From a virus (Duplodnaviria; Caudoviricetes): 49,450 nt of DNA. The position numbers and the translations under genes were made by a program. The notes under the pieces were generated by a model. It searched no databases and was not told the origin of the DNA. It saw only the letters and a program-made list of their open reading frames with translations. The stretch lies in IMG/VR virus record IMGVR_UViG_3300025387_000025, positions 1 through 49,450 of that record; one strand, written 5' to 3'. Within the stretch, counting starts at the first letter, position 1. Every line of letters begins with the position of its first letter. Of this stretch, positions 27,229-35,534 are shown in pieces.

Positions 27229-27666
27229 TTAGGTGGACGTGTTATTTAGTTCAATAAAACTTTTGTCTTTTTCGGATGAAAAAATAACTTTTTTAATTTT
27301 AAAATGATTTATAGCCTGTTTACATCCAGAACAAGGCTCAGAATAACCATCAGACCAGTCTACATGATCTTTTGATAATTTTTTAACTCTATAGATATAT
27401 AGAGTAGCTTTTGATAATTCTTCAGCATCAACATGACGAAGAGCATTAATAATACAATCTACTTCTGCGTGTTTGAAAATAGCTTCTATATTTTTAGAAA
27501 ATCTTTTCTGCAATGGATGTGTCTTATAAGAATTATACCCAACAGAAATAATATCATTACGAATTACCAAACTAGCAGATAATTTTGCTCTATTTTGAGA
27601 GTTACTATTGTTTATAGCCATCCTTCGTGTGAAGGCCATATATTTTTCATCACGTGAAGTTATCAT
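27229..27666 (-). CDS. Zinc-dependent cytidine/adenosine deaminase-fold protein (CDA/TadA superfamily)
   Basis: HAE and PCSGC motifs; IISVGYN; ATLYI; IKKVIFS. Confidence 0.85.
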   Translation of the reverse strand: MITSRDEKYMAFTRRMAINNSNSQNRAKLSASLVIRNDIISVGYNSYKTHPLQKRFSKNIEAIFKHAEVDCIINALRHVDAEELSKATLYIYRVKKLSKDHVDWSDGYSEPCSGCKQAINHFKIKKVIFSSEKDKSFIELNNTST

Positions 27667-27680
27667 AACATATTATATAA

Positions 27681-27917
27681 TTATTGAATTTGATAAATCG
27701 CAGTCCCACAAGATGGTTTAATAACTGGGCTTCTTTCCCATGGTCTAAGCCAACCATAATGCCAAGTACCGCCAACACAATACATTCCACGATGAACAGG
27801 AACAGACCAATCCCCAACAAATGGTGGGTCTTGAACTGGATTGTAATAAGTACCATATGGCGCTGAAATAGCAATAGAACTAAAAAGTAAAGCAAAAGTT
27901 AAAATAATATATTTCAT
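27681..27917 (-). CDS. Small secreted protein
   Basis: Signal peptide AIS|A; two Cys; GAGGT RBS. Confidence 0.6.
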   Translation of the reverse strand: MKYIILTFALLFSSIAISAPYGTYYNPVQDPPFVGDWSVPVHRGMYCVGGTWHYGWLRPWERSPVIKPSCGTAIYQIQ

Positions 27918-28028
27918 TTTTGACCTCATTCAATTAACCAAAATAATTTAAATCTGCTAAAATAAAACCTGATACTACCATAAGTAAAAAGAAAATTACC
28001 ATACGAAAAATCATTATAGTTTTATGAT

Positions 28029-28148
28029 TCATTTGATTTCTCCCAATGGAACATAATCACCCATTAAATACCAATATATTCCACTAATAATAAGCATCAG
28101 TAAAAATGCTGAAATTATTGTAATTGGTGTAAGAGGTTTATCTTCCAT
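28029..28148 (-). CDS. 39-aa single-TM peptide (not in the ORF track)
   Basis: GAGGA RBS; MEDKPLTPITIISAFLLMLIISGIYWYLMG... Confidence 0.5.
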   Translation of the reverse strand: MEDKPLTPITIISAFLLMLIISGIYWYLMGDYVPLGEIK

Positions 28149-28172
28149 TTTTTTAATCCTCAGAAAAAGGGC

Positions 28173-28244
28173 TGCTGCTGGAGAGAATCGAACTCCCAAT
28201 CTACTGATTACTAATCAGTTGCCTTACCATTGGGCCACAGCAGC
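28173..28244 (-). tRNA. tRNA-Thr, anticodon AGT (A34); CCA not encoded
   Basis: Acceptor GCTGCTG/CAGCAGC; D arm GCC-CAATGGTAA-GGC; anticodon arm ACTGA-TT AGT AA-TCAGT; T arm GGGAG-TTCGATT-CTCTC; discriminator A. Confidence 0.93.
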
Positions 28245-28252
28245 ATATTTTT

Positions 28253-28630
28253 TTAATATGGCATAATAGGATAACATATCCTAACATACGTGTAATCAAT
28301 TATTCTACCCCAAGCATCAATTATAGGTTCTGCTCTTTGCATACGACAAGGGGGAAGTGGAGCAGCTTGTACTGGAATTCCAGCAGTAATGTTGTTTACA
28401 TTTACCTGAACATTTACTTGAGGAGGAGAAGAAACTTCTACAGGAACAGGAACTTCCTTCACCACAGTTTTATAATATTTCTTAACTACAGTTGTGTTTT
28501 TCTTAACATGACGATTATCATTATATATATTATACTGAGCATCGCCAAAATTTAAAAAATCATCGTTGAATGCTTTTGCTTGAGAAGTAAGAGCAACAAC
28601 ACATAGAATAGTCAAGAATATATTTTTCAT
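28253..28630 (-). CDS. Secreted Pro/Val-rich hypothetical protein
   Basis: Signal peptide MKNIFLTILCVVALTSQAKA; C-terminal C...IDAWG...RIC. Confidence 0.65.
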   Translation of the reverse strand: MKNIFLTILCVVALTSQAKAFNDDFLNFGDAQYNIYNDNRHVKKNTTVVKKYYKTVVKEVPVPVEVSSPPQVNVQVNVNNITAGIPVQAAPLPPCRMQRAEPIIDAWGRIIDYTYVRICYPIMPY

Positions 28631-28631
28631 T

Positions 28632-28934
28632 TTACCACCCGTAATAACCACCATATGGATAACCATAACCATAAGCAGGACGACCATAGTAACCACCGTA
28701 GCCACCGTAGTAACCACCACCATTAGCAATTGCACCACCAATAATTCCACCAAGTAGAGCAGCACCAGCACCAATACCTAGTGCAGCACCATAACCACCA
28801 TAACCATAACCGTAACCGCCATAATATCCACGACCATAACCCCAACCACCGCCACGATACCATGCATTTGCTGGCGCAACAGCAGCAAGTGAAATTCCAA
28901 TAATTGTCAGTAGTGTGATAACTTTCTTTTTCAT
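28632..28934 (-). CDS. Secreted Gly/Tyr-rich protein
   Basis: Signal peptide APANA|W; GY repeats flanking a glycine-zipper helix. Confidence 0.75.
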   Translation of the reverse strand: MKKKVITLLTIIGISLAAVAPANAWYRGGGWGYGRGYYGGYGYGYGGYGAALGIGAGAALLGGIIGGAIANGGGYYGGYGGYYGRPAYGYGYPYGGYYGW

Positions 28935-29046
28935 GTTTCTCTCCATTAAAAGTGGACTAACCTTTGATCCACACGGATCTATTTTTGGCGATCAACCCAT
29001 AATTATATAGTTGTCTCTACAAATATACACCTTAATGCATATATGA

Positions 29047-29068
29047 AGAGACAACCGAAGTTGTCTCT
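29047..29068. terminator. Stem-loop (UUCG loop on the minus strand)
   Basis: AGAGACAAC-CGAA-GTTGTCTCT; T-run follows on the plus strand. Confidence 0.55.
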
Positions 29069-29075
29069 CTTTTTA

Positions 29076-29279
29076 TTAACCTACAGTATACTTCTGTACC
29101 TTAGAACCATTGCGTGAAGTAAACGTCTTCAACGTAATCTTTACACCCTGATTACGAAGACGATAAATCATATCATGTGGATTAGCAACACCATAACGTG
29201 TAGCAATCTGCTTTGCAGTTAGTGGTTGCTTCTTTGTAACTAGAGTGTCATAAATCTTATCAAGTGTAGTCTTAGCCAT
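29076..29279 (-). CDS. Small winged helix-turn-helix DNA-binding protein
   Basis: LTAKQIATRYGVANPHDMIYRLRNQG..I. Confidence 0.7.
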   Translation of the reverse strand: MAKTTLDKIYDTLVTKKQPLTAKQIATRYGVANPHDMIYRLRNQGVKITLKTFTSRNGSKVQKYTVG

Positions 29280-29342
29280 TATATATTCTCCATTTTAAAT
29301 TAATTGGATTTCTCCAACGCAATATTCCCTTTCGGGAATTCT

Positions 29343-29534
29343 TTAATCATTCTTATCCATAGAAGCTGCCTCTTTAACAAGAGAAATAACTTCTTCAATG
29401 GAAGAACAAAGAATCTTTGATGTCACCCATTCATCATCTGATGAGCGGCCTCCTACTTCAACCATAAAACCATTGTCATACATATAAACTGTAAAAGATT
29501 CATTTACCTTCACAATTTTGTCACTGATTTTCAT
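29343..29534 (-). CDS. Hypothetical protein
   Basis: 63 aa; YDNGFMVEV.GR motif. Confidence 0.6.
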   Translation of the reverse strand: MKISDKIVKVNESFTVYMYDNGFMVEVGGRSSDDEWVTSKILCSSIEEVISLVKEAASMDKND

Positions 29535-29663
29535 ATTATAACCTTTTTTTTAAGAAAGTCAAGAATATCATGAAAACTTATTATTTAAAAAAACTCTTTA
29601 CCAATTTTATATAAACAAGTTTTCATGATTTGATCATTATACCATACTTTTATTAATTGTCAA
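29535..29663 (-). promoter_or_regulatory. Two tandem sigma70-like promoters (29663-29636 and 29562-29535)
   Basis: TTGACA-16-TATAAT and TTGACT-16-TATAAT. Confidence 0.65.
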
Positions 29664-30018
29664 GTCCTTCATATGCTTCAATATCTAAATCATCTTTCTT
29701 ATTGTCTACAATTATATATTGAGCGTCCTTATCCAATTCCATATGTGCTTCTACCAATTCTCTAACTTTATAAAGTCTATTAAGAACATCTGATAGAGTA
29801 TCAATAACAGACTTGTCATTATATCCTTCTTGAATATCTGTTATTGCAGAATCAAGATTTGTATCTATAGAATAATCAATGTGATATTTCATAATATCAC
29901 CATCTTTGATCGTTTCTTTTAATTCAAGGGGTGGAAACAGAAGATTTTTTATTTCTTCTATTTTTATTTCTGCGGGTGTTTCTGGATTTTTCTTTTTCAC
30001 TGTAAACATACCAAACAT
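29653..30018 (-). CDS. Hypothetical protein
   Basis: AAGGA RBS; 121 aa. Confidence 0.6.
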   Translation of the reverse strand: MFGMFTVKKKNPETPAEIKIEEIKNLLFPPLELKETIKDGDIMKYHIDYSIDTNLDSAITDIQEGYNDKSVIDTLSDVLNRLYKVRELVEAHMELDKDAQYIIVDNKKDDLDIEAYEGLDN

Positions 30019-30029
30019 ATTAACATCCT

Positions 30030-30434
30030 TTAATTTGTTCGTTTTCGTCCAATTTGATATTTTGCTTCTAAAGTCCACTCATTTTTTTCTTTATAATTTA
30101 ATACTTTAATTTGATTCATTGGAGCAATTGGATCTTTTATTGATTCAGGATCAATAATTGTCAACAATCCCCAATCTTGAAGTAACTCTGCTATTTTATT
30201 ACGGCGTCCCATATCTTCTTCAGAAAAATTTGATGGCTTACCATCTAAAATAAACATTTCCTTAAAATGTACTATGTAATAGTGTCCTTGCTTATGAAAA
30301 ATATGACAAGATTGATAAAGTTTGTTTTCTTTACGGGAAGCAACACCAATTCTTGTGAGTGTTTCTTTAATCTTCAGAAAAGACTCTTCTCCATCTATTT
30401 TTACCTCAATTAATGAATCTAAAATATCATTCAT
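30030..30434 (-). CDS. regA: Translational repressor RegA
   Basis: FLKIKETLTRIGVAS...LYQSCHI.HKQG.YYIVHFKE.F.LDG. Confidence 0.95.
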   Translation of the reverse strand: MNDILDSLIEVKIDGEESFLKIKETLTRIGVASRKENKLYQSCHIFHKQGHYYIVHFKEMFILDGKPSNFSEEDMGRRNKIAELLQDWGLLTIIDPESIKDPIAPMNQIKVLNYKEKNEWTLEAKYQIGRKRTN

Positions 30435-30469
30435 GTTTCACCCTTTTCTTATTATTATAAAGACATAAT

Positions 30470-30832
30470 CTATGTCTCTGGTGTTGTCCTTTTTAAAATA
30501 AATTCAACTTGTTCTTTATTTAGTATACTTAAAACTTCTTTTGCTTTTGATAAACTATACCCATAATATTGTTGTATAGCTTGTAAAACTTCCTGATTTT
30601 CTTTTTTTAACCATTTTGAATATCTTTTATTCTTTCTTAGAGAATTAAAATAATAATCATGCTGTAGCTTATTATCTAAAGTATTAGCAATATTCATTTC
30701 ATTAGCATAAAAAATTGTATCAGGAAAATAAGAGAAATATCTATTTGTTAAAAATGGGTTATAATCTTCTTCATTTTCAAGAATTCCTTTCTTTTCATAA
30801 GAAAGGTCTTTCATTATATCAAACATGTTCAT
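30470..30832 (-). CDS. 62: Clamp loader small subunit (gp62)
   Basis: YNPF..NR..S.F.D....ANEMN; position between gp44 and regA. Confidence 0.9.
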   Translation of the reverse strand: MNMFDIMKDLSYEKKGILENEEDYNPFLTNRYFSYFPDTIFYANEMNIANTLDNKLQHDYYFNSLRKNKRYSKWLKKENQEVLQAIQQYYGYSLSKAKEVLSILNKEQVEFILKRTTPET

Positions 30833-31767
30833 TGATAAAATCCATTAACCATTAGTTCAGAAAAGAATGACATAAGATTAATTTCTTGATCAGCAACAAA
30901 TGCAGCTTGATATTGATATTTATTTATCAGTTCAATAAATGGTGGAACAAATTGTGGCTTCATATTTTCAGAAGATGCATCATATAGTTTTCTGAATAAA
31001 GAATTGACATTTGAATCAATATTTTCAGATACCCATTTACGAACTTCTGTAAAATTTTTGTCTTTTACTAATTCAATTAATTGTTTAATTGCAATTTCTT
31101 GAAGGTTAATAAGAATGCCAGAATCAATTGCTCCTGTTGTAGAATAACGCTGTAGTTCATTAATAATACGCCGACAGTCAGGAAAATATTTGTTTATAAC
31201 TTCAGCAACTACAGGTTTATCATATGTTACATTTTCCATATCAAGAATATGACAAACTCTTTTAAAGAATTGAGTTGCAAGTTTAACTGCGTCTTTTTTT
31301 GTAATTTTAAATTCAACCACTGAACATCTTGAATGTAGTGGTTCAATAATTCTGTTAGCATAGTTACATGTAAGAATAAATCCACAATTACGTGAAAATT
31401 CTTCCATAAAATTTCTCAATGCAGGTTGAGTACTATTTGGATTTAGATAGTCTGCTTCATCAAGGATAACATATTTTCTTCCACCTGATAGAGAAACAGT
31501 GGATGCAAAATTTAGTATTTCGTTTCTTAATGTATCAATATTACCATTCATAGATCCGTTTATTACAATATAATCACAATCAAGCTCTTCAAGCATAGCT
31601 TTAGCTACTGTTGTTTTACCAACACCAGCAGAACCAGATAGAATAAGGTTTGGAATATTTTTTTGATCAACAAATTGTTGAAAAAGAGATTTTAGATCAT
31701 TTGTGAGAACTGTTTCATCAATCGTATTTGGTCTATAGCGTTCAACCCACAAGAATTCTTCATTCAT
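30829..31767 (-). CDS. 44: Clamp loader large subunit (gp44)
   Basis: LWVERYRP, GSAGVGKT, DEAD, SRC. Confidence 0.95.
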   Translation of the reverse strand: MNEEFLWVERYRPNTIDETVLTNDLKSLFQQFVDQKNIPNLILSGSAGVGKTTVAKAMLEELDCDYIVINGSMNGNIDTLRNEILNFASTVSLSGGRKYVILDEADYLNPNSTQPALRNFMEEFSRNCGFILTCNYANRIIEPLHSRCSVVEFKITKKDAVKLATQFFKRVCHILDMENVTYDKPVVAEVINKYFPDCRRIINELQRYSTTGAIDSGILINLQEIAIKQLIELVKDKNFTEVRKWVSENIDSNVNSLFRKLYDASSENMKPQFVPPFIELINKYQYQAAFVADQEINLMSFFSELMVNGFYQ

Positions 31768-31792
31768 AAAGCTCTCCATAATATAAAAAGTA

Positions 31793-31812
31793 TAGGGGGA
31801 TTTCTCCCCCTA
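31793..31812 (-). terminator. Intrinsic terminator after gp45
   Basis: TAGGGGGA-GAAA-TCCCCCTA then TACTTTTT. Confidence 0.75.
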
Positions 31813-31817
31813 TTATA

Positions 31818-32471
31818 TCAGAAACTTGATGTACTTTCAACCGCAATAAAATATTCTACTTCATTATTATGAAACATTGATATTCCTTTTGAAGAAATAT
31901 CTACAGTATAATCTCCTGGAAGAATTTTAATATTCTCTGACTTGAAAATAGCACGAAAATTATTTGATGCTTCACCAATTTCAATAGAATAAAAATCACC
32001 AGAAGGATTTTTACTATCTGCTGCTTCTAGATATACTTTTCCATTTCTTCCTGAAAAAATAATTTCAGGAACAGAAAGTACTCCAAGTGCCTTTTCAACT
32101 GCTTTCAAATTATCATTTGTTAGTGTTACTGATACATCAACAGATGGTAATTTTAAGTTCTTTTCTGGAACTTTAATAATAGTTGATTCGTCTGAATATG
32201 TCAATTGAACACTCTTGAAACCATCAGAGAATGTCAATGCAGTTTCTCCAAAATCAATGTTTGGTTCATCAAAAAGACTAAGAGTTGATATGAATCTACT
32301 CAGATTATAGATTGCAAAGCGACGAGGAAAATCAGTTGGAACCTTCGCTTTTGCTTTTATTGTTTTAGTACTAGAAATTGTTTCTAATATATTTCCTTCC
32401 TTAATAACAATAGAAGGGTTAATAGTAGCAAAATTCTTTAGCACAGTGATTGTATTAGCATCAATCTTCAT
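31818..32471 (-). CDS. 45: Sliding clamp (gp45)
   Basis: LKNFATINPSI, FAIYNL..F, ENIKILPGDY. Confidence 0.93.
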   Translation of the reverse strand: MKIDANTITVLKNFATINPSIVIKEGNILETISSTKTIKAKAKVPTDFPRRFAIYNLSRFISTLSLFDEPNIDFGETALTFSDGFKSVQLTYSDESTIIKVPEKNLKLPSVDVSVTLTNDNLKAVEKALGVLSVPEIIFSGRNGKVYLEAADSKNPSGDFYSIEIGEASNNFRAIFKSENIKILPGDYTVDISSKGISMFHNNEVEYFIAVESTSSF

Positions 32472-32489
32472 AATATAAGTTCCTTTCAC

Positions 32490-33347
32490 TTATTTATTTT
32501 TCTTTCCACCTAACTTAGCTGGATCTGCTGTTGCTGATGCACCAACTGAAGCAATATCAGCAAGAGAACCACCAAAGATATAAGTACCAACATGGGACAA
32601 CACCATCCATGGACAGAACCAAGTTTTTAGTTCAATAGCTTGTGCCTTCTGACAGAACCAATAATCTTCTGATAGATATCTCTTAGAAACTGGATCAATT
32701 TCTGCTTGGAAGTACATAAGAATTTCACGTGATCCATCAAAATGTTCTGTACGAACATGATCTGGTTTATAGCTATATTGATCTTTATATGCGTCTTCAA
32801 ACTTTTTCATTGCTTGCTTAGAAACCATCATAAATCCAGTTCCAATTTCAAGAACTTCAACTGGTTCATTGAGAGGAATGGAACCTTGGTTTCCTTTTGG
32901 ATTAAAGACATAATCGCCAACAAACTTCTCAAGAACATTTGGGTCTTCATCAGCAACGCCTTTATCAACTGCATGTTTGATCTTTTCCCAAGAAATACAT
33001 TTCTTTGGATATGGACCACCAATAATATCATACTTGTCTGTTTCATTGGCTTGTAATGCCATAAGAGCAATAACATCTTGTGGATTAAAACCAATATCAG
33101 AGTCGATAAACATCATATGCTGACAATCAGAACGCATAAATTCATCACAGCAATAATTTCTTGCTCTAGTTACTAATGACTCATTAAATAGAAAATAAAA
33201 CTGTAGTGGAATACCGTATTTTGTACAAAGAGCAGAAAGATCTGCAATTGATCGTGCAAACATACCTGCGCATTGACCACCATACATTGGTGCAGCAACA
33301 AATAGTTTATTTTCACGAAGCTTTTCAATAGGGATTTGGATTTCCAT
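32490..33347 (-). CDS. GT-A-like glycosyltransferase-family protein
   Basis: PMYGG, ESLVTRARN, FIDSDI (DxD), YPKK, GTGFM, YLSEDYWFC. Confidence 0.7.
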   Translation of the reverse strand: MEIQIPIEKLRENKLFVAAPMYGGQCAGMFARSIADLSALCTKYGIPLQFYFLFNESLVTRARNYCCDEFMRSDCQHMMFIDSDIGFNPQDVIALMALQANETDKYDIIGGPYPKKCISWEKIKHAVDKGVADEDPNVLEKFVGDYVFNPKGNQGSIPLNEPVEVLEIGTGFMMVSKQAMKKFEDAYKDQYSYKPDHVRTEHFDGSREILMYFQAEIDPVSKRYLSEDYWFCQKAQAIELKTWFCPWMVLSHVGTYIFGGSLADIASVGASATADPAKLGGKKNK

Positions 33348-33363
33348 AATTTATTCACCTTTC

Positions 33364-33564
33364 TTATGCTGTTATAGAGCCTTTAAAATTACATGTTTCA
33401 CAATTAACTGTTTTTCTAGGAGGGTTTGAACATAATAATGTTCCTGGCCATGACTCAACTAATTCATCACCGCATTTTGGACAAGCTATTCCAGTTCCAT
33501 TTGCTTTTGAATTAGAATAAATTTCTGACCATTTTTCTTTTTCATAATCATCTAACGATTTCAT
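33364..33564 (-). CDS. Zinc-ribbon protein
   Basis: CPKC...CETC. Confidence 0.65.
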   Translation of the reverse strand: MKSLDDYEKEKWSEIYSNSKANGTGIACPKCGDELVESWPGTLLCSNPPRKTVNCETCNFKGSITA

Positions 33565-33911
33565 TTTTCTCCTTTATAATGATCATTATAAAGCATCATT
33601 AATGTATAATGAAGGACTTTCATTAAATCTTGTTTATTAGATCCTTTCTTTTTTCCGTAACGCCAAAGATATTTGATTGCTGTATTTCTAAAAGTTGGCA
33701 TAGAATCGCCAAGAGCTAACCATACATCAAAACATTCTATATTTTGTTCTTCAGTCATATAATGTTGACCATATGTCTTATCTATATAGTCATGAAAATC
33801 AGATATAATCTGATCTTCTTTGTATTTGTATTTTGGTTTTACACTACCATTTGAATTGATTGATATTGTATTAAAAGGTTTTCCATTTTCAAAAGTATAT
33901 TGGTCGCTCAT
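33561..33911 (-). CDS. DUF3310/SaV-like protein
   Basis: TYGQHY...AIKYLWRYGKK.G....DL.K..HY. Confidence 0.75.
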   Translation of the reverse strand: MSDQYTFENGKPFNTISINSNGSVKPKYKYKEDQIISDFHDYIDKTYGQHYMTEEQNIECFDVWLALGDSMPTFRNTAIKYLWRYGKKKGSNKQDLMKVLHYTLMMLYNDHYKGEK

Positions 33912-34282
33912 TCGTATAATACCTTATTAATATTAGGTGGTTTCCAACCATCTGGTTTTAAGATTTTTCCATCTGCACGTCTAACTGGCTTACCATCTAC
34001 TAGTTTTGCCATGTTTGATCTATGGACTTCATCGAATACTCTGTCGAGTGGAATCCCATAAGATACAGCAGTGCCACAAACAATGTAAATGATATCAGCG
34101 AGTTCTTTAGCAATATTCTCCAAATCATTCCTACATTCACCTTGTATGTATTCCTCATATTCTTCCTTCAACAATCTTAGACGAAGTTCACGTTCTTCAG
34201 GTTCAGGAAACTCTGGTTTTGTTCCAACTTTTTGACCAACTGCTGTTTGAAACTCTTTTACATCAATGAACATGTTGCTCAT
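33908..34282 (-). CDS. MazG-like nucleotide pyrophosphatase
   Basis: EEYEE, KELADI.Y, EVHRSNM.K, DGKILKP. Confidence 0.85.
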   Translation of the reverse strand: MSNMFIDVKEFQTAVGQKVGTKPEFPEPEERELRLRLLKEEYEEYIQGECRNDLENIAKELADIIYIVCGTAVSYGIPLDRVFDEVHRSNMAKLVDGKPVRRADGKILKPDGWKPPNINKVLYE

Positions 34283-34472
34283 TTATATATTCCTTTAAAA
34301 GTTTAGAAGTCTCTTCTTTTCCTAAATGATGTTCAAGAATTTCTTTAACTCTTTGCATCATTCCACAGGCAAGCATTATTTGTTCGTTACCTGTTTGACA
34401 AACAGTAATTTGTTCATCAATTGGTTGCATTAATTGTGATATATGTTCAAGCTTATCAGCATCTTCACTCAT
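34263..34472 (-). CDS. Hypothetical protein
   Basis: Coupled ORF, 69 aa. Confidence 0.6.
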   Translation of the reverse strand: MSEDADKLEHISQLMQPIDEQITVCQTGNEQIMLACGMMQRVKEILEHHLGKEETSKLLKEYINEQHVH

Positions 34473-34977
34473 ATTGTATTCCTTTCAAGGTTTTAATTGT
34501 TTTAATTTCTACATTTTTAATTTCACAAACTTTTTCAACTAATTTTTGTGGAGTTAATGTTACTGATTTACATTTTGGTATATCAATTCCACCTTTTGTT
34601 AAGATAGAAGCTGCATATAATGAACAAACTTCTGAATCATAATTAGGAGTGATATCAAGCCCCAACATAGCAGCGCCCAAGTAATGATACGATCTTCCCA
34701 ATTTTGATAATGCATCGTCTTCTAGTTCCTTAGTCCATTTTATATTAGTATGAACAATATCTACTGGTAAATTGTCTCCAAGATATCTTAATCTAACTCC
34801 ACCTTTGAAATATGCATCAATAACATATGGTCTATTATGCAAAGTCCATACTATACCTACATGAGTATATATTCCTCTTGTCCAATAAGAAATTGCATTA
34901 CCTAAAATAGAACCATCATTTCTCCATGCAAGAAGATCTCCAGGTTTTACTATATTAGATCGAAATTTATTATACAT
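34465..34977 (-). CDS. Permuted papain-like NlpC/P60 (YiiX-like) hydrolase
   Basis: PGDLL, YTHVGI (His) preceding EVCS (Cys), TP..L. Confidence 0.8.
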   Translation of the reverse strand: MYNKFRSNIVKPGDLLAWRNDGSILGNAISYWTRGIYTHVGIVWTLHNRPYVIDAYFKGGVRLRYLGDNLPVDIVHTNIKWTKELEDDALSKLGRSYHYLGAAMLGLDITPNYDSEVCSLYAASILTKGGIDIPKCKSVTLTPQKLVEKVCEIKNVEIKTIKTLKGIQYE

Positions 34978-35534
34978 CTATAATTGTCTCTTGGTTGACT
35001 AGAACAATGATATCTTAATCCATCAAACATAACAAATCTTCCCTTTTTAGGGGTAACTCTTATATGTTCTTTTAACTGAACATTTTGAGATCCAAATGGA
35101 GTATTTTCCATTGTTTGTTCATAAAGTATAGTATCACCATCTGTATCATTCATATAATAGACACAGGCATAATGAGGTTCTGGTATATCAATATGAATAC
35201 CATTATGCTCCTTTATGAACTTATTGTCAAGAGGCATTTGAAGAAATGCTCTATTAAAATAAATATCTTTTATTGATATTTTTGTTTTTTCTAAAAAATG
35301 ATTTATAATTGGAACAGAAACTGCTTCGTATAAATCTGACAACACACCATGTTCTGGATGTTTAAATAACATATTAAATCCATATGATGGGTATTTTGTT
35401 TTTGTTGGTGAATATGACATATCATCAACAAAAGTCCAAGAAGGATATTTCATAACAATGTCATGAAAGTCATCTTGAAGATTTTTTGGTATTATATCAT
35501 CAATTATAACAGTTTCTTTTAAGACTGAATCCAA
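34950..35534 (-). CDS. 2OG-Fe(II) oxygenase
   Basis: HID, VYYMND.DGDT, PKKGR...FDG..YH.S, R.IINF. Confidence 0.85.
   Translation of the reverse strand: MDSVLKETVIIDDIIPKNLQDDFHDIVMKYPSWTFVDDMSYSPTKTKYPSYGFNMLFKHPEHGVLSDLYEAVSVPIINHFLEKTKISIKDIYFNRAFLQMPLDNKFIKEHNGIHIDIPEPHYACVYYMNDTDGDTILYEQTMENTPFGSQNVQLKEHIRVTPKKGRFVMFDGLRYHCSSQPRDNYRCIINFDLI

Noticed and set aside
28631-28774. N-terminal extension of the 28253-28774 ORF
   Set aside because: It is a shadow frame of the Gly/Tyr-rich gene; the signal-peptide start at 28630 is the plausible one.
28640-28860. Repetitive ACC/TAACC-rich DNA resembling a tandem array
   Set aside because: Fully explained by Gly/Tyr codons of the minus-strand protein.
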